Source: Octopus sinensis
Lineage: Eukaryota
Assembly (NCBI RefSeq): GCF_006345805.1
Contig: NC_043006.1
Coordinates: 60,946,001-61,010,000 of the forward strand
Reading direction: 5' to 3'
Length of the DNA: 64,000 nt
In this document: positions 27,456-40,732 of the stretch, in pieces
Position numbering within the stretch: the stretch's first letter is position 1
How the letters are laid out: each line of letters opens with the position of its first letter
Notes under the pieces: model-generated
What the model saw: only the letters and a program-made list of their open reading frames with translations
Told to the model about the DNA's origin: nothing
The model's database searches: none
Made by a program: the position numbers and the translations under genes

Positions 27456-27518
27456 AGATAAAACTCTGAGCTTCAGATGCCGAAGTGGAAATCCACAACA
27501 CCATCTCTTCGGCTATCT
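27456..27518 (-). ncRNA. HHR-like motif F2, degenerate copy (GAAG instead of GAAA)
   Basis: AGATAG-CCGAAGA-GATG...CATC-T-GAAG-CTCAGAG-TT-TTATCT. Confidence 0.45.
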
Positions 27519-28437
27519 GGCCATCTATGCGACATGGAGAGATGGCTTATCTGGAAAAGCAGCTTAGACCCTACTACATGTCTAAACTCAAGGACAGAAT
27601 TTTCGGATCATGCCCACACGTGACAAAAATTTTTGTTACGTTTTTGGTCCCCTAAAGAAAACAGATAGAACTTGCTTTCTATATTATGTCCCAAAAAGTT
27701 TTTTATCTCTTTATACCTTTTATTATTTCATATATTTTTATATTTTCACACATAATAATTTTTTTCTGTAATTTTCTATCCTGCATTTTTTCCTGTGCCT
27801 ATATAGACGTGTATATAGATTCATTTGTACACGTGTGTGAATATGTATGAGTGGGCAGTTTTAGATATGTGCGTGTGTGCGGGTATAAGAATGCATATAT
27901 ATATATATATAGACGTTTTTACTTAGTATTTTTCCATTTTTAGTTTTTTTTTTGGGGGGGGGAGCATATGTATATTCATTTTTTGTATATGCGTGTGTCT
28001 GTATGCGTATATAAACATGTGCGGGTATGTACATATATGGGCGTGTGTGTATGAGTGCATAAGGGCATGTCCGTATATGAACGTGGTTTTTATGCTTTGT
28101 ATACTTCCTTATGTTTTTTTATGTTTACCTTTAACCATGGTTTTTCTTGTGCTTGTGCGTATATAGACGTATGTATGAACTTTTACGGTACGCATGTGTG
28201 TGTGTATGAGTTTTTAATATATATGCGTATATATTTGGCGAAAAATGCGAGTGAAGATGTGTACGTTTTCATAGTGACGTATAAGTACGCACGTGGATCC
28301 GCGAGCGCACATGTAAGCGTATGACTAGCCATGTTTTACGTGTTTTACTATGAAATGTTAATCTTATTTTATATAATTATAACACAGTAATTTCCCTTTA
28401 TATAACGGTATTTTTTCATAGCGTTTTTTAGATGACC

Positions 28438-28499
28438 AGATAACCGAAGAGATGGTGTGTGGATTTCCACTTCAGCATCTGAAACTCAGAGTTTTATCT
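28438..28499 (+). ncRNA. HHR-like motif F2 (variant core)
   Basis: AGATAA-CCGAAGA-GATG(...GTGGATTTCCAC...)CATC-T-GAAA-CTCAGAG-TT-TTATCT. Confidence 0.6.
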
Positions 28500-28529
28500 T
28501 GACTATTGAGTAATTGTAACATATTATTT

Positions 28530-28563
<34 letters not shown>

Positions 28564-31500
28564 ATATATATAATTAATATATAATTATAATCCGTCCTAC
28601 AACAAGCAGATAATGAGGAAACTGATAAAATACGCTATTGAAGATCATACATTTACTGAAGAACACAGAGAGTCTATGCTAGAAATGAAGCAGGAATTCC
28701 TGAATAAGCTTGCAGTTATAAGACATGCCAATATGCATGACAGAGAACCACTTCATGAACAGTCAAATATAATCCAATATAACAAAGAAATTAAACTTGG
28801 CAATTATGTAACAAAGGTAATCATAAAATGAATAAAAACTCGATCTCACTGAGTTAAATGGGAATATTTACGTGTCTAGTAAGACAGTTGAAACTAGTTG
28901 TATGCCTCGGGGAAAAAAACCAAAGAAATACAAACCGAGAACGTACTCACCACTGGAGAAGTAAAATTTTTAAAAAAAGGAAGTTAATGAAAGGTGAAAT
29001 ACCAATATTGAACGAATTAATCTGTGGAAACGATGAAAGATATAAGAAAAGGAGGAGAGACACCACAATAACGGACCTAAGAATGACACTCACGAAAGGT
29101 CATAAGTGAAAATAACCTGGTAAAGACGGGGTGCCAAATTTCTGGCTTCATCGTTCCCGTGCGCATGCGAAAAATTCAGCTATTCAATGAATTTATGAGA
29201 GCTCCTTCGAAAACACCTGATTGGTTAACAAGTTGTACTATCTACCTACTTCCAAAGAATAATGAAACCACATTTCCCCCAAACTATCGGGCCATAACCT
29301 GTCTATCTGCCACGTATAACATTTTAACATACATCCTCGTTGTGGAAACATAAGCCTTTATGGGACAGAGCGATATTTGTCCCACTGTACAAAATGGATG
29401 CAAAGATCCTGTCGTAATCAATTGCATGATCCTTGAAAACTGTTATAACAAACGCAAATATGTTAATTCCGCAAGACTCGATTATAGAAAAGGTCTATGA
29501 TAACATATAGCATTCATGGATCTTGAAATTGCTGGATATCATCAAAATTTCTACCGTAATTTCAAACTTCCTGAAGGATAACATATGAGTATGGAATGCG
29601 AATCGCCAAGTGTACCACTCTAATGGAGTACTGACTTCAAAAAATATTACTATCAACTCTCATATTTCCCAAGGGCTCTGGGATTCAGCGTGCCAGTATG
29701 AACGAGAAGATCAATGAGGAATGTTACAGGAGAGCTCGAGCAGTCATGAAATCCGAGTTAAATGCATGTAACAAGGTGTTAGCTAAAATAATATGATATG
29801 CTTAGAAAGTATGAGTTTGCTGCCCGACAAAAAATGTGGCATCGCAAGACAGTTATAATACAATGTTTGTAGGAGCACTTGCAAAGATCAAAAAAGAAAC
29901 TGAAAAATATTTGAGTATGATCCTTGGCTACCCATCCATGCAAGAAGTGGTGCAAAACAATTTTAATAGGTACGCCGCAAGTATTGAGAAGAGCATCATC
30001 GCTGTGAATTTTTTCATTTTTCCTCTTTATTTTTTGGGGGTTTTTTTTTCCATTTTATACTTTCCTTCTTTCCTTTTTCGAAATGTCTTTCTCCCATCAT
30101 TTTTCGATGACAAGTCTTTGTAAATGAACCCATCTGGTGTGTTTATTTTAATGGCCTATCAATGTATGCAGTGAATTCCTTTGCCTTAGGTCGGGAAGAC
30201 ACTGAGCAAGAAATGGAAACAAAATTGAAACAACAGAATAATAACGATAATCACAACCACAACCACAACCACAACAACAACAACAGGAAAGAAATCAAGT
30301 TTCAGATGAAGAGAGTAGCCAGCCACGCGTCTTAATTAAATGACTGTCAGCTGACCAATTCATGCAACGATCTGAAGAAAAAATCTAATGAATCTGATAA
30401 ACATAGCCTGAAAAGTGGTTTGGACATATAATCTGAAGACCACACATTGCTGAAGAAAATAAGGATTCTAATGATGAAAATGATGGCGGTGCTAAGAGAA
30501 GAGCTCCTCATCAAACTTGCTGCCTGCTTCCTCTCGCCTCTCTGGTTATTGCTGATAATGAAATTTGATACTTCCAAACGTGTCCGTGATCATTTGTTTC
30601 AATTGGAATCAGATATACTCTGGAAAGGCTAGTTTTAGTTTTATTGTAATTTATAACTTTGAGCTTCATAAATTTCTTGCATCCTTTTTTCTAATGAATA
30701 TTCTGGCCTTCTACTTTTTTCAATAAACATTTCCTCTTCATCCCAGGCTGTGATAGTTTCACCCGCAAATGAGGGTTTCGTCGATGTTCAGTTCCATACC
30801 CGATTCAAGTTTTCAACCACCGGTGGCACTGCATGTTTCAGTCGGACTCGAGGTTCTACAGGAATTTTATGCCTTGCGAATTTTATTTGTGACTACCGCT
30901 GTCTCTTCCCACGTCTCTCTCTCTTCTCTCTGTCCCTGTCTCTGTCTCTGTTTCTGTCTGTCTGTCTGTCTGTCTCTCTTTCTGTCTCGGTGTGACTGTC
31001 CCTCTCTTTCTTCGCTTTTCCAAATCTCCAGAAAAATTTTTCATTGCCAATTTGTAACACCTTGGCGTTCTGTTCTCTAGTTTTATCGGGTGTGTTCCTC
31101 CATCAATTACAGAGTAAGAGTCTGAAGAATGGAGGAAGAAGATTGGTTAGAATATAGGATAATGTCGTGAAGAAGATCAAGTCCTTGCAAGCCTAAGGAA
31201 TATTGGTGAAAAATCTTTTCAGGCAGCATTCAGTGAAAATATTATCAATGGCAATTATGAAACCCTCTAGGAGTACGATATGAGGGAAAATACAATGAAA
31301 GATCAACTGGAAAGTCCTACACGGATTCCTTGTTTTCCTATAAATAGCGGATGAAGTTGATGAAAATTCTTGGAGATGGACAAGACAAGTGTTTTTAAAG
31401 AAAGTCACAGAAGTACTGATTCTTCCTAGTCAAGAACAAATCTTATGAAGTAACTCAGACAGTTATAGCATTGATAAGAAAGGCCATCTGGAAAATCATA

Positions 31501-33206
31501 TCAGGCAATCAGACATCTTATTAGGAGATGTTCATAATTATCCCAAATGTGATACAAAAATGGCATGACAAAATACCGGTACGAATACATTGTGAGTTGT
31601 GCAAGAATTAAGGTCTAAAATTATCCAATAATTCGCACTAGCACCAACGTTTGCGAGTAGCAGAGAATGATCAGATGAAACATACATGGGATTTGGCATT
31701 ATACAGAAACAAAAAGCTGTAGCACCACCCATCAGATATCACCCTCCTACTGAAGGAGTCCAAAGAATGAACCTTAAAGAACGTAGTTATACCTGTAGAC
31801 CAGAATATTGTAAAGAAAGATGGCGAGAAAGCACGCGGATTGGAAGTGACAGAGGATTGGAAGTGAAAGGAATCCATAGAGCCTCAAAAGTGAGTACAGT
31901 ACCTCTTGTGATGGGTACACTTGAGACCATCTCAAAGAGAAAAATATTCTGCCGTCAAAAGCTGCAAATAGGAAACTTTTTAGGAAGTATTCTATTGGCA
32001 GCTATTCTTTCAACAGCTAATGTATTGAAAAAACTTTTGCGTCACTAAGCTGCGGGATGGACCTGGGACATGAGATAGATAAATCAGATGTTAAGTGAAT
32101 AATAATAATAATGTTAATAATAATAATACTAAATAATAACAGCAATAACAGCAACAACATAAGAAAGGAAAGAAATCTAAATTCAGATGACGAAAGTAGC
32201 CAGCCACGAATCTTAATTGAAATCTGTCATCTGAACAAATCAGGCAACGATCTGAAGAAATAAAAAAGAAATTCTAAAGAACTTGATAAACGTAGCCTGA
32301 AAAGTGGTTTAGAAACAAAATCAGAAGACCACACTTGGCTGAAGAAAAACAAAGAATCTAATGATGGAAATGAATTAGAAAATTCTGAATAGACATGCAG
32401 TTTTAAGACATGTAAATATGAATGATAGAGTGCCGCATCATAAACTCACAAATACAAACCAAAATAAAACGGAAATTAAAATTGACAACTATGTAACAAA
32501 TGATATTGCACGTTAAATTCGATTATTACTGAAATTATTTACGCGTCTTGAGAAGATAGTCAATCTTGAGAAGATAGTCACACCAGGGGGTGAAATAGAA
32601 AAAGATATTGAATTAATAAGTGAAAATATGAATATCAACTGAGCTAATATCTCGAAATGATGTAAGATCCAGAAAATGAAGAATGAGGAAGAGAAAATAT
32701 GGATTTGAATAAAGAGAAGAACTGATATCAACAGAAGAAATACTGAAACAAAATGTTCAGTAACAGCTCAAAGAATACGAAGATTTGGAAAATGAACCAA
32801 TTTTTAGATTTTTTAGGCGATGAAAGTTAAACTTGAACAAGAACAAAACTATAAATACCAAGGAATAAATGAAGGCTCTAGTATTCAGGATGCAAGCATA
32901 AAGGAGATCAGGAAGAAGTCTTATAGGAGAATAAAAGCATTTCTGAAATATGAGCTAAATGCACATAACATAGCAGTTCCAGTTGCTGCTTATAATTTCA
33001 ATGCGCTGAAGTTGAATAACGATGAAATAAAAAAATTAATAGAAATATACTTAAGCTGGTAAATTGTAATATGATGCACTACCAGAGCCAGATACGGATC
33101 GCCTTTACCTTCCAAGAGCTCAAGGAGAACGAGGCTTGCACTGCTTTGAACTTTCTTGCAAAACCACGTAAAATATAGCGGCCAAATGTCTTGAAATATC
33201 TTGGGC

Positions 33207-33430
33207 ATTATGGTTGACTACATTCCTCTACACACAGTTAGTTTGTACTCTCTTGTGGATAGTATAAACTGAGTGTGTGAAGAGATACGTAGTCAACGGT
33301 TAACTAACGAATGCAGAACCTGATCGTTTAAATGCATTCTTATCTCCTTCGAGTTCAAGTATATTACATCAAACCTGTACCAAAGTTTTATTTCTACAGC
33401 TTTTACTGAAAGAAACTTTATGATATTTGA
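33207..33430 (-). repeat. Second copy of the hairpin-containing dispersed repeat (MITE-empty allele)
   Basis: Reverse complement of 25700-25752 plus 25894-26056. Confidence 0.8.
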
Positions 33431-33844
33431 TACTGAAACTTGGTGAAAATCAGAAGAGGACTAATAAGCTTCATTTTGTCTCGTAGGAGAGATCAAGTTT
33501 CTACTCAGTGCATAAATGATATCCAGCTTAAGCATCCAGAAGGAAATGTGGCAACTGTTATTGCAAAGAATTTAAATTAATAGCAAAGAAAAAGTTCTTG
33601 AAAAATTGTTTAGTAGGTGGGGGCGGAAACCTCTGTATGGTAAATGTGTAGCCCGCAGTAAAGAAGCTGGTGTTGATAATAAGCACACCCATCAGTGACA
33701 ATAAAGTTCAAAGTATAACTCAGAGTGCAACAATTTCATCTTAGCTGCTCAAGATAAAATCTTGTTGACCCGGAACTGCAAAACCAGTGTGTTGAAAAAT
33801 AGAGTAGTTCCAACGTACCGATTATATTTGTTAATATAATGGCA

Positions 33845-33995
33845 TTAAAAGCAGCGGGAAGCTGGCAGAATAATTAGTCGGGCAAAATGCTTATTGGAAT
33901 TTCGTCCGTTTTCCCGTTTTGAGTTCAAATTCTGTCGAGGTTGAGTTTGCATTTCATTCTTTCAGCATGTATAAATTAAGTACCAGTTGAGAACT
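33845..33995 (+). mobile_element. Degenerate family A SINE inside a LINE relic
   Basis: GAGTTCAAATTC B-box; homology to 1030-1247. Confidence 0.75.
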
Positions 33996-35306
33996 TGGGT
34001 CGATGTTATCAGCTTACGATTCTTCACCTGAAATTGGTGGGCTTATGCCAAAATTGGAAGCCAATATGTCGACATAATAAAATCAAAACTGTTGACAAGT
34101 GGTTTGAGGATCACCTTCCGGTTGGAACAGAGAATGTTTGTGACTTTAATGTATATACAGTCAAGACCATCAAAGCTAATAAATTTGATATTGGTGTAAA
34201 AGACCAAAATAATAAAGTATGTGCGATCGATTGAAATGTGGATCCCTTGTATTCATAATATGGCGGAAAAGTTCATAAAACGCAGATTTGCTCCTTGAAA
34301 TCAAAATCATGTGGCACCTCAAGATAATTACAATACGAGTGAATATAGGACCCTTACGAATAATGAAAAGATGATCTGAATATTATTTGACAATGATCCC
34401 TGATTTACCATCTCTGAAAGAAGTGCAAAGAATATGTTCTATCCGGTACGTTTTAAGAAATGTAAAAATATGTTTTAACCGCTACGTTTTAAGACTTGCA
34501 AAACATTGTTCTAACCGGTACCTCTCAACGTAGCCCGTATTGATGCTCAGACCTTAGCAATCTTCTAAATCAAATATTTCCTAAATCTTAACAAAAGTAG
34601 AAAAAGATTATGTAGTACTATATATGAAATTATATGAATGTCGTGAAACATTTGATAAGACAGTGCTATGTTTACTTAAATTAAATGCATTCAGTTGCTC
34701 TGAAACATTGCTTCATGAAAGCATATTTTACATCATCTATGTCATATTATAATGTAATTTTAGATGCACATATTTGAATCCACAGGGATGCCATTTATAA
34801 AGAATAAGTAACTGGCAACCGGTCATTAATATCAGATTCAGTTTGTTGAGTGTCATAATGAAATTCCATGTGGGTTGTTATGCAGCTCTTCGCAATGCAA
34901 ATCTTCTATTCAAAGCAACTCTTCACAAGCAGTTGCAGAGTTAAAAGAAATAGAAAATGATTAACATTTTTATAGCGAGTACATGGTCACGCTAGCAAGG
35001 GTACGGACTTCAGCAGCAAACGGTATCGAGGGAAATGGAAAAATGGATTGTTAAAACAGGAACGAATCTTAGTATTTTATTGTTTGGGGAGTAACATTCT
35101 CTTTTAGTGCCTTATTACTTAACACATTCGCCGGTTCGAATTCCTCTTATAAACCTATTTACTTTTTTCTAAAGTTTTTGTAACGTCTTTCAACTTCTTC
35201 AATAAGCATTGACTCTCTAACCGGTGAGTGTTTTAAGTAATACGCGGGACCTTCAATAAGTAATGCTCCTAACCCACTTGCAGTTGTTTTTATGGAAGTG
35301 CTTATA

Positions 35307-36567
35307 CGAGGGACGTTCAATAAGTAATGCCTTTGGCCCACCTGTTTGATCTAGCTGAAATTTTGCATTTGATATCTATATAGATTACGTGGCAAATTAC
35401 AGCTCTGGACTAATTGCGGTTTCTGATTTACATGTGTTTGAACTGAGTCAAGTATGAAATGGAGCCTGTTGAGTCTCGAGCAGTGATCCGGTTTTTGTAT
35501 TTGAAAGGACGCACACCACGGAAGACTTTTGATGAAATCAAAGTAACTTATGGTGATGATGCCCCATAATATGACCTTGTAAAACGCTGGCATCGTGAAT
35601 TTAAACATGGTCGGAACTCTGTGGAAACAGCTCCCAGATCTGGTCGCCCCCCTTCTGCCATTGATGAGGCATCTGTCCGTCAAGTTGAGGCTGCCATTTT
35701 GGAAGATCGACGCATAACTATTCACCATGAAGTCAAGATTAGTACCGGGTCTGTGGAAACTATCATTCATGACCATTTGGATATGCAAAAGGTGTCTGCA
35801 AGATGGATTCCCAGGTTGCTCACACCTTTCCAGAAGCAAGAACGCGTCGAGTGCACGAGGATGAATTTGGAGATGTGCCAAGAAGATGAGTCAAAAGTTT
35901 TCAAAAGACTGATTACACAGGATGAAACCTGGGTCCATCACTATAATCCAGAGACCAAAGCCCAATCAATGCAGTGGAAGCACCGTGACTCACCTCCTCC
36001 AAAGAAGGCAAGGATGCAGCCCTCTGCTGGCAAGGTCATGCTCACAGTCTTCTGGGACCAGGACGGAATAGTGATGACAGATTTCCTGGCAAAGGGTACC
36101 ACAATTACAGGAGCCTATTATGCTTCACTTTTGAGGAAATTAAGAGAAGCTATCAAAATCAAGAGGCGTGGCAAGATCAGCAAAGGCATCCTCCTCCTGC
36201 AGGACAACGCTCTGGTCCACAACCTGCTTGTCGCCAGATCAGAAGCACAGGCGTGCGGCTATGAACTCCACCCCCTACTCTCCTGACCTTGCACCCTCTG
36301 ACTTTCACCTCTTCCCAGCCATGAAGTCATTTTTGAAAGGAAAGCATTTCCCAGATGATGCAGCCTTGATTTCTGAAGTCACGTCGTGGTTGGAGGACCA
36401 AGCTGGGGTCTTCTACAAAAACAGTCTTCAGAGCTGCATCAAACGATGGGAGAAATGCGTAACTCTGGGTGTTTCCTATGTAGACAAAGACTAATAACCG
36501 TGCCAGGTTTCGTTGCTCTACTGCTATAGGAAGTGGGTCAGGGGCATTACTTATTGAACGCCCCTCG
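35307..36567 (+). mobile_element. Mariner DNA transposon, nearly intact
   Basis: 25-bp TIRs CGAGGGACGTTCAATAAGTAATGCC / GGCATTACTTATTGAACGCCCCTCG with TA on both sides. Confidence 0.96.
35459..36494 (+). pseudogene. Mariner D,D(34)D-type transposase pseudogene
   Basis: ITQDETW, LLQDNA and YSPDLAPSDFHLF; in-frame TAA at 35567-35569 and a frameshift near 36270. Confidence 0.93.
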
Positions 36568-39554
36568 TAAGTCACTAAAAGAGATTGACTCTCCACAGAC
36601 ACAATAATTATGCTCCAACACACCACGAATTCACGCACAGAATTTCGAAAACTAAATATAAAAACGAATCTTGGCGTGTCGAATGAGAATTACTAGAGCC
36701 AAATGCAATGATTATAGTGACTACAAATCACAAACTAGGGTGAGAAGAGGTCGGTGGAAGTATTTTCGTAGGTGCATGGGGAAAGTGACTCGCAGTTTTT
36801 ATTGTTTTGTTCATTTACAATTTGCTTTTTAAGTCCGAAAGAGTTTAATTATGTTTTTATTCCTCTGGAATTGTATATTTAATCACAACTCACTAACTAC
36901 GATCTCGTTTTGTGTCTCGTAGGAATACGAAGTTAGTATCTATGACACTTTTGCGGACCTAGACACATCTGAAAATATATGTATTTGTATTTTTAAGCTA
37001 GAAACCTAGTTCGAATGCTTGTAACAAATACGACGCTGCTTAAGTGACGAAATCAATTAAACCGAGCGACAGTTTATGTTTAACCTCCAAGTAATCACCG
37101 ATAAGATATGGACACAGAACTCAGAGCAATACAACAATGAGCCCTGTCCGACGTTTTAGCGACGGTAACCGTCCACGTCATTGCACTGTTACATTAAATG
37201 TCAATCCAGGGAAGATCCAAAACCGTCCACCACATTGCCCTGTTACATTAATTGTCAATCTAGGGAAGATCCAAGCAAAGTCTTCGAACGTATCCCAAAT
37301 CATAATGCAAAGAACAGCAATAATTTATTCACATCATTGCCATTCACTACGGATTATAATATAAATACGCTTCTGACCTTGTATTTGAAATCCTGTTCAC
37401 AATTCTCGCGATGAGATTGGTTTTAAGCAACATCCACATTTGCAATACACTGACAAAATTGAAAGAGTCACACTGCTGTATTAGTAAATTTTAGTCTATC
37501 AGTGTTGCTTTAAACGTGCACAACACAACTCCAAGTCAGATTTTTGGAGTACAGAACCAAGCCAACAGTGGGACAGTATAATGAGCACAAGAGGGAACAA
37601 CAGTGAAAAATGAAGTGCTTGAAGTAAAAATAAATAAAAATGACTACAGAAATCGTTAATTAAAATCAGCAACAAATTCAATTATTATACATTCCATTCC
37701 ATAACCGACATTTATTTTCGTTATAAATATACACAACGAATGAAGACAACAAGTCATTGTGTCACTCCGTTTTGAGAAGTTTCCTGGTGAGCTTAGGAAT
37801 TGCCGAATGTATTGCGTAACTTAAATAATAGATAATGCTTTCATCGAAATATAAACTCCCAAAGAGAATTGTACCAGCACTCCAAAATCTACTCATTTGT
37901 TTTCATTTTCATACATACGTATTTACATGCATACACCACATGCCAGTCAAATCTCGCTGCTACGATACATAGAATATCAGCATCTTTTCTCACAATGATG
38001 CCGCAGATAGCCAGCAGACAGACTCATTAAAATTAATTATTTGCGACGGAAGTAGTATTAGTACCAAAGAGTTATTTTTATATCGAACTTGCAGTATTAA
38101 CCTTGTGGAATCCTCTCATATAAGCACTTCCATAAAAACACGCACATGGATCGTAGCAGAGTACAGTCTCTGCCGTGGGCTCGGGAATTCTCAAATCACA
38201 TGATTTCATTCTGCAGGAAATCATTAGTTGGAAACATCCAGTCGCCGCACGCCAGTCAAACCTCGTTGTTTCACTTACGCACAGAGGCACACACACATTT
38301 ATGTATTGATGCACTACATTCAACTCTTACTGCAGTGAAATAACGAGACTTGATCTCTATGCATTATCTTCTTTTGAAGATAGAGGCAACTCTGAGATCA
38401 TGGGTGCGGCTATTCACTCCCTGAGTAACAGCAACTTAAAACAAATATTTTTTTTTCGTGGTCTTCACTACTATACGGACTGGTTTAGCGAATCAAGTTT
38501 ATGTAATTTAAAGAATATATTGAATGTAATCGACTCCTTTTGCTGGGGCTGTTGAATATAATAATTCTTTACTCTCAAATAGGAAGAGACGTCTTATTAT
38601 GGAGGGTGACTCATTGTATTTGACTTGATATATTGTATTTAACTGACTAAAATATCATAATGTTATCATTTAGCGTATATGTTGGAGAAATATTTGCATT
38701 AAAAAATATGAAGACTGCATTTTCAATAAATAATGTCTCCACATGAAGTAATTAGCGAAACGTGAATGGAAATTAATTGGATAGTTTTATATAATTAAGC
38801 TTTTGCTATTACGCAAGTTATATTTAAAGTAGCTTTTGTTTTGCAGCGGAGTAACAAGAATATAACTTCAAAAAATATTTTGTTTTCTAATTGGTTTACC
38901 ATGTTAATCGGATATTTTTTTAAAATGTGTAATTATTTCATTTTAATTGATACTAGTGTTTTTTGTTGTAATTTCCTTTTAATTACATCATTCATTTAGC
39001 AGATAGTCATATTAATTGTCGGGCTAATTTTTCCATCGCATCATTGCATGTTGCTGATCAAACTAGTTTAAATCTCCGATTGATATTAATAACAAACAAA
39101 ATATGTACTGGAATTATATACTATTCTTTATGTTGTTTACGTTCTATAAATCCGGTATGAAACTGATTAAACTGGCTTAATCAACTTTCAAGCCACAATC
39201 AACGTAGATTATATTCTGAAGTAGTGTGGTACTAAGTGCATGTGACACAAACTCTCATTTGTCTTTTAAGCAAGAGCATGTAATTCAAAAATAAGTTACT
39301 TTACTTTTATGCATGACAAGCAGCCGCGTATATTCTCTCTCATTACTCCCAGACTAAATTGATTTAGCATCAAGAAAAGTCAATCTTTTATCCCAATATT
39401 CAATGTATCCTTCCTATATAAAATCGAGTTATTGTGATTTGAATGAACAGTTCAGTACTTTTTCTGTCATGTAGAGCCAAAGTATCACACGACTCCATCA
39501 ATGCCTTCAGAAATCTCTATCGATTGACGTTCACTTTTTGAAATTTATTTTGAA

Positions 39555-40667
39555 CTAGCAGCAGAGCCCGGCGTTGCCCGGGCATGTAAGAGCCCCTAGT
39601 AGGCAACGACTAATCCCAATCTAGTCCTTTCCCTCCAGGGAACGAAGGCGCATGTGTAGGTTGTAATGTCTTCTCTTCACTCCCAAATAACTATCAAACG
39701 GCTATCGATAATTCAACCCAACCAATTCCTACCAGGAAGAAATTACATTCGAGACTTTACCCCCAACACTGCTACTTCTGCTAATAGCTGCTGCAGCCGC
39801 AAGTTATTCGAATACTTTTTTGTTTAAACTTTCTTTATAACTACCACCCCAAACGTTTTACCTTAAATTTTTGACGTACCCTAAGGGTCCTCGGACGCTA
39901 CTTGGAAACTCTTGGTTTATTATAAGCCGCTTCTGTCGTGTGCACCAAAAAACCTTTTCCATTCGTTTGTTCAGTTTGGTCACTTTTGACTTTTTCGTTG
40001 TTGTCACTCAGATTGCTGCCCGCTTTTTGCCGTTTTTGTACATTTTTGTTCCGAGAGTTAAAAAGGTCGAGTTGCGTCCCCTAGACAGTCTGTGGTTTGT
40101 GTTTAATACACAAATCGGTTTGCTATGTGTGCCACATATGATTTAATTAACCGATTTTTTCCAGTAATAAAGTCTCCTATTGGAATAAAAAGGGCCATAT
40201 AGCTCCTTGGAGCAGACATGATGCTCGCTGTGAATTAAAAAAAAAATCCTGCCAATTTGTGAAAGATATTGTCGAAAATATGTCATCTTGAATTTGAACG
40301 CGATTTCCCAAAATGGCATGATTTTATCGACTTTTCTGATGGTAAGGTATTGCATGGAAAACTAACGTCAGAATTAAGTCTCTTAGGGTAACATTAAGCT
40401 TCACCATGAGTTTGGTGAAAATAGATTGCAAGTTGCGAAAACTACAACAGAAAATGTGTTGCATATAAAAAGCTTAGATTCTCGACCCCATGTCGAATTT
40501 ATCGATTTTTTTTAGAACTGGGGGAACTTTTCAAAATTTTCGCTGCGTTAGTTTTGAATTATGACATTGGGCTATGTGTGTGACAAGTTTCATCAGAATC
40601 GGTTGAAAGCCGTAGTCAGGGTGAGGGTACAACCTGACAGACAAACTGCCGTTTATATATAGAGAGA
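39555..40667 (-). mobile_element. Non-autonomous Helitron (1113 bp)
   Basis: Minus strand begins TC(TCTCTATATATAAAC) and ends CTAG; inserted between A and T; GC hairpin GCCCGG-6nt-CCGGGC at 39566-39583 just before the 3' end. Confidence 0.88.
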
Positions 40668-40732
40668 TAGCTGGACTTTCTTCTCAGGAGTTTGGACTGT
40701 GTACGAGTAGTGACAACGCAGCGATTATTCTT

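Larger units (their letters stand above)
27346..28533 (+). mobile_element. 5'-truncated PLE (family F2) with inverted 5' pLTR
   Basis: Inverted arms 27424-27527 / 28429-28533; GIY-YIG C-terminal remnant HLCDMERWLI...LNSRTEF/GSCPHVTK at 27522-27628; (TA)n on both flanks. Confidence 0.85.
28590..34450 (+). mobile_element. Head-to-tail stack of three degenerate R4/Dong-like LINE copies (about 28590-30245, 30290-32095, 32160-34450) separated by AAT/AAC triplet tracts, with younger insertions
   Basis: Repeated segments (30290-30480 vs 32160-32370; 28700-28820 vs 32395-32510), PPNYRAITCLS, FVGALAKI, PLVMGTLETI and TIKANKFDIGVKD. Confidence 0.8.

Noticed and set aside
30490-30900. Minus-strand purine-rich reading (PSFAGETITAWDEEEMFIEK) suggestive of a gag-like relic inside the LINE stack
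   Set aside because: Stops in frame, no LTR or pol, and no diagnostic motif; needs a profile search.
37167-37274. Two tandem 54-bp units; also small duplications near 58720 and 59525
   Set aside because: Ordinary local tandem duplications; only two units and no spacers, so not CRISPR-like.
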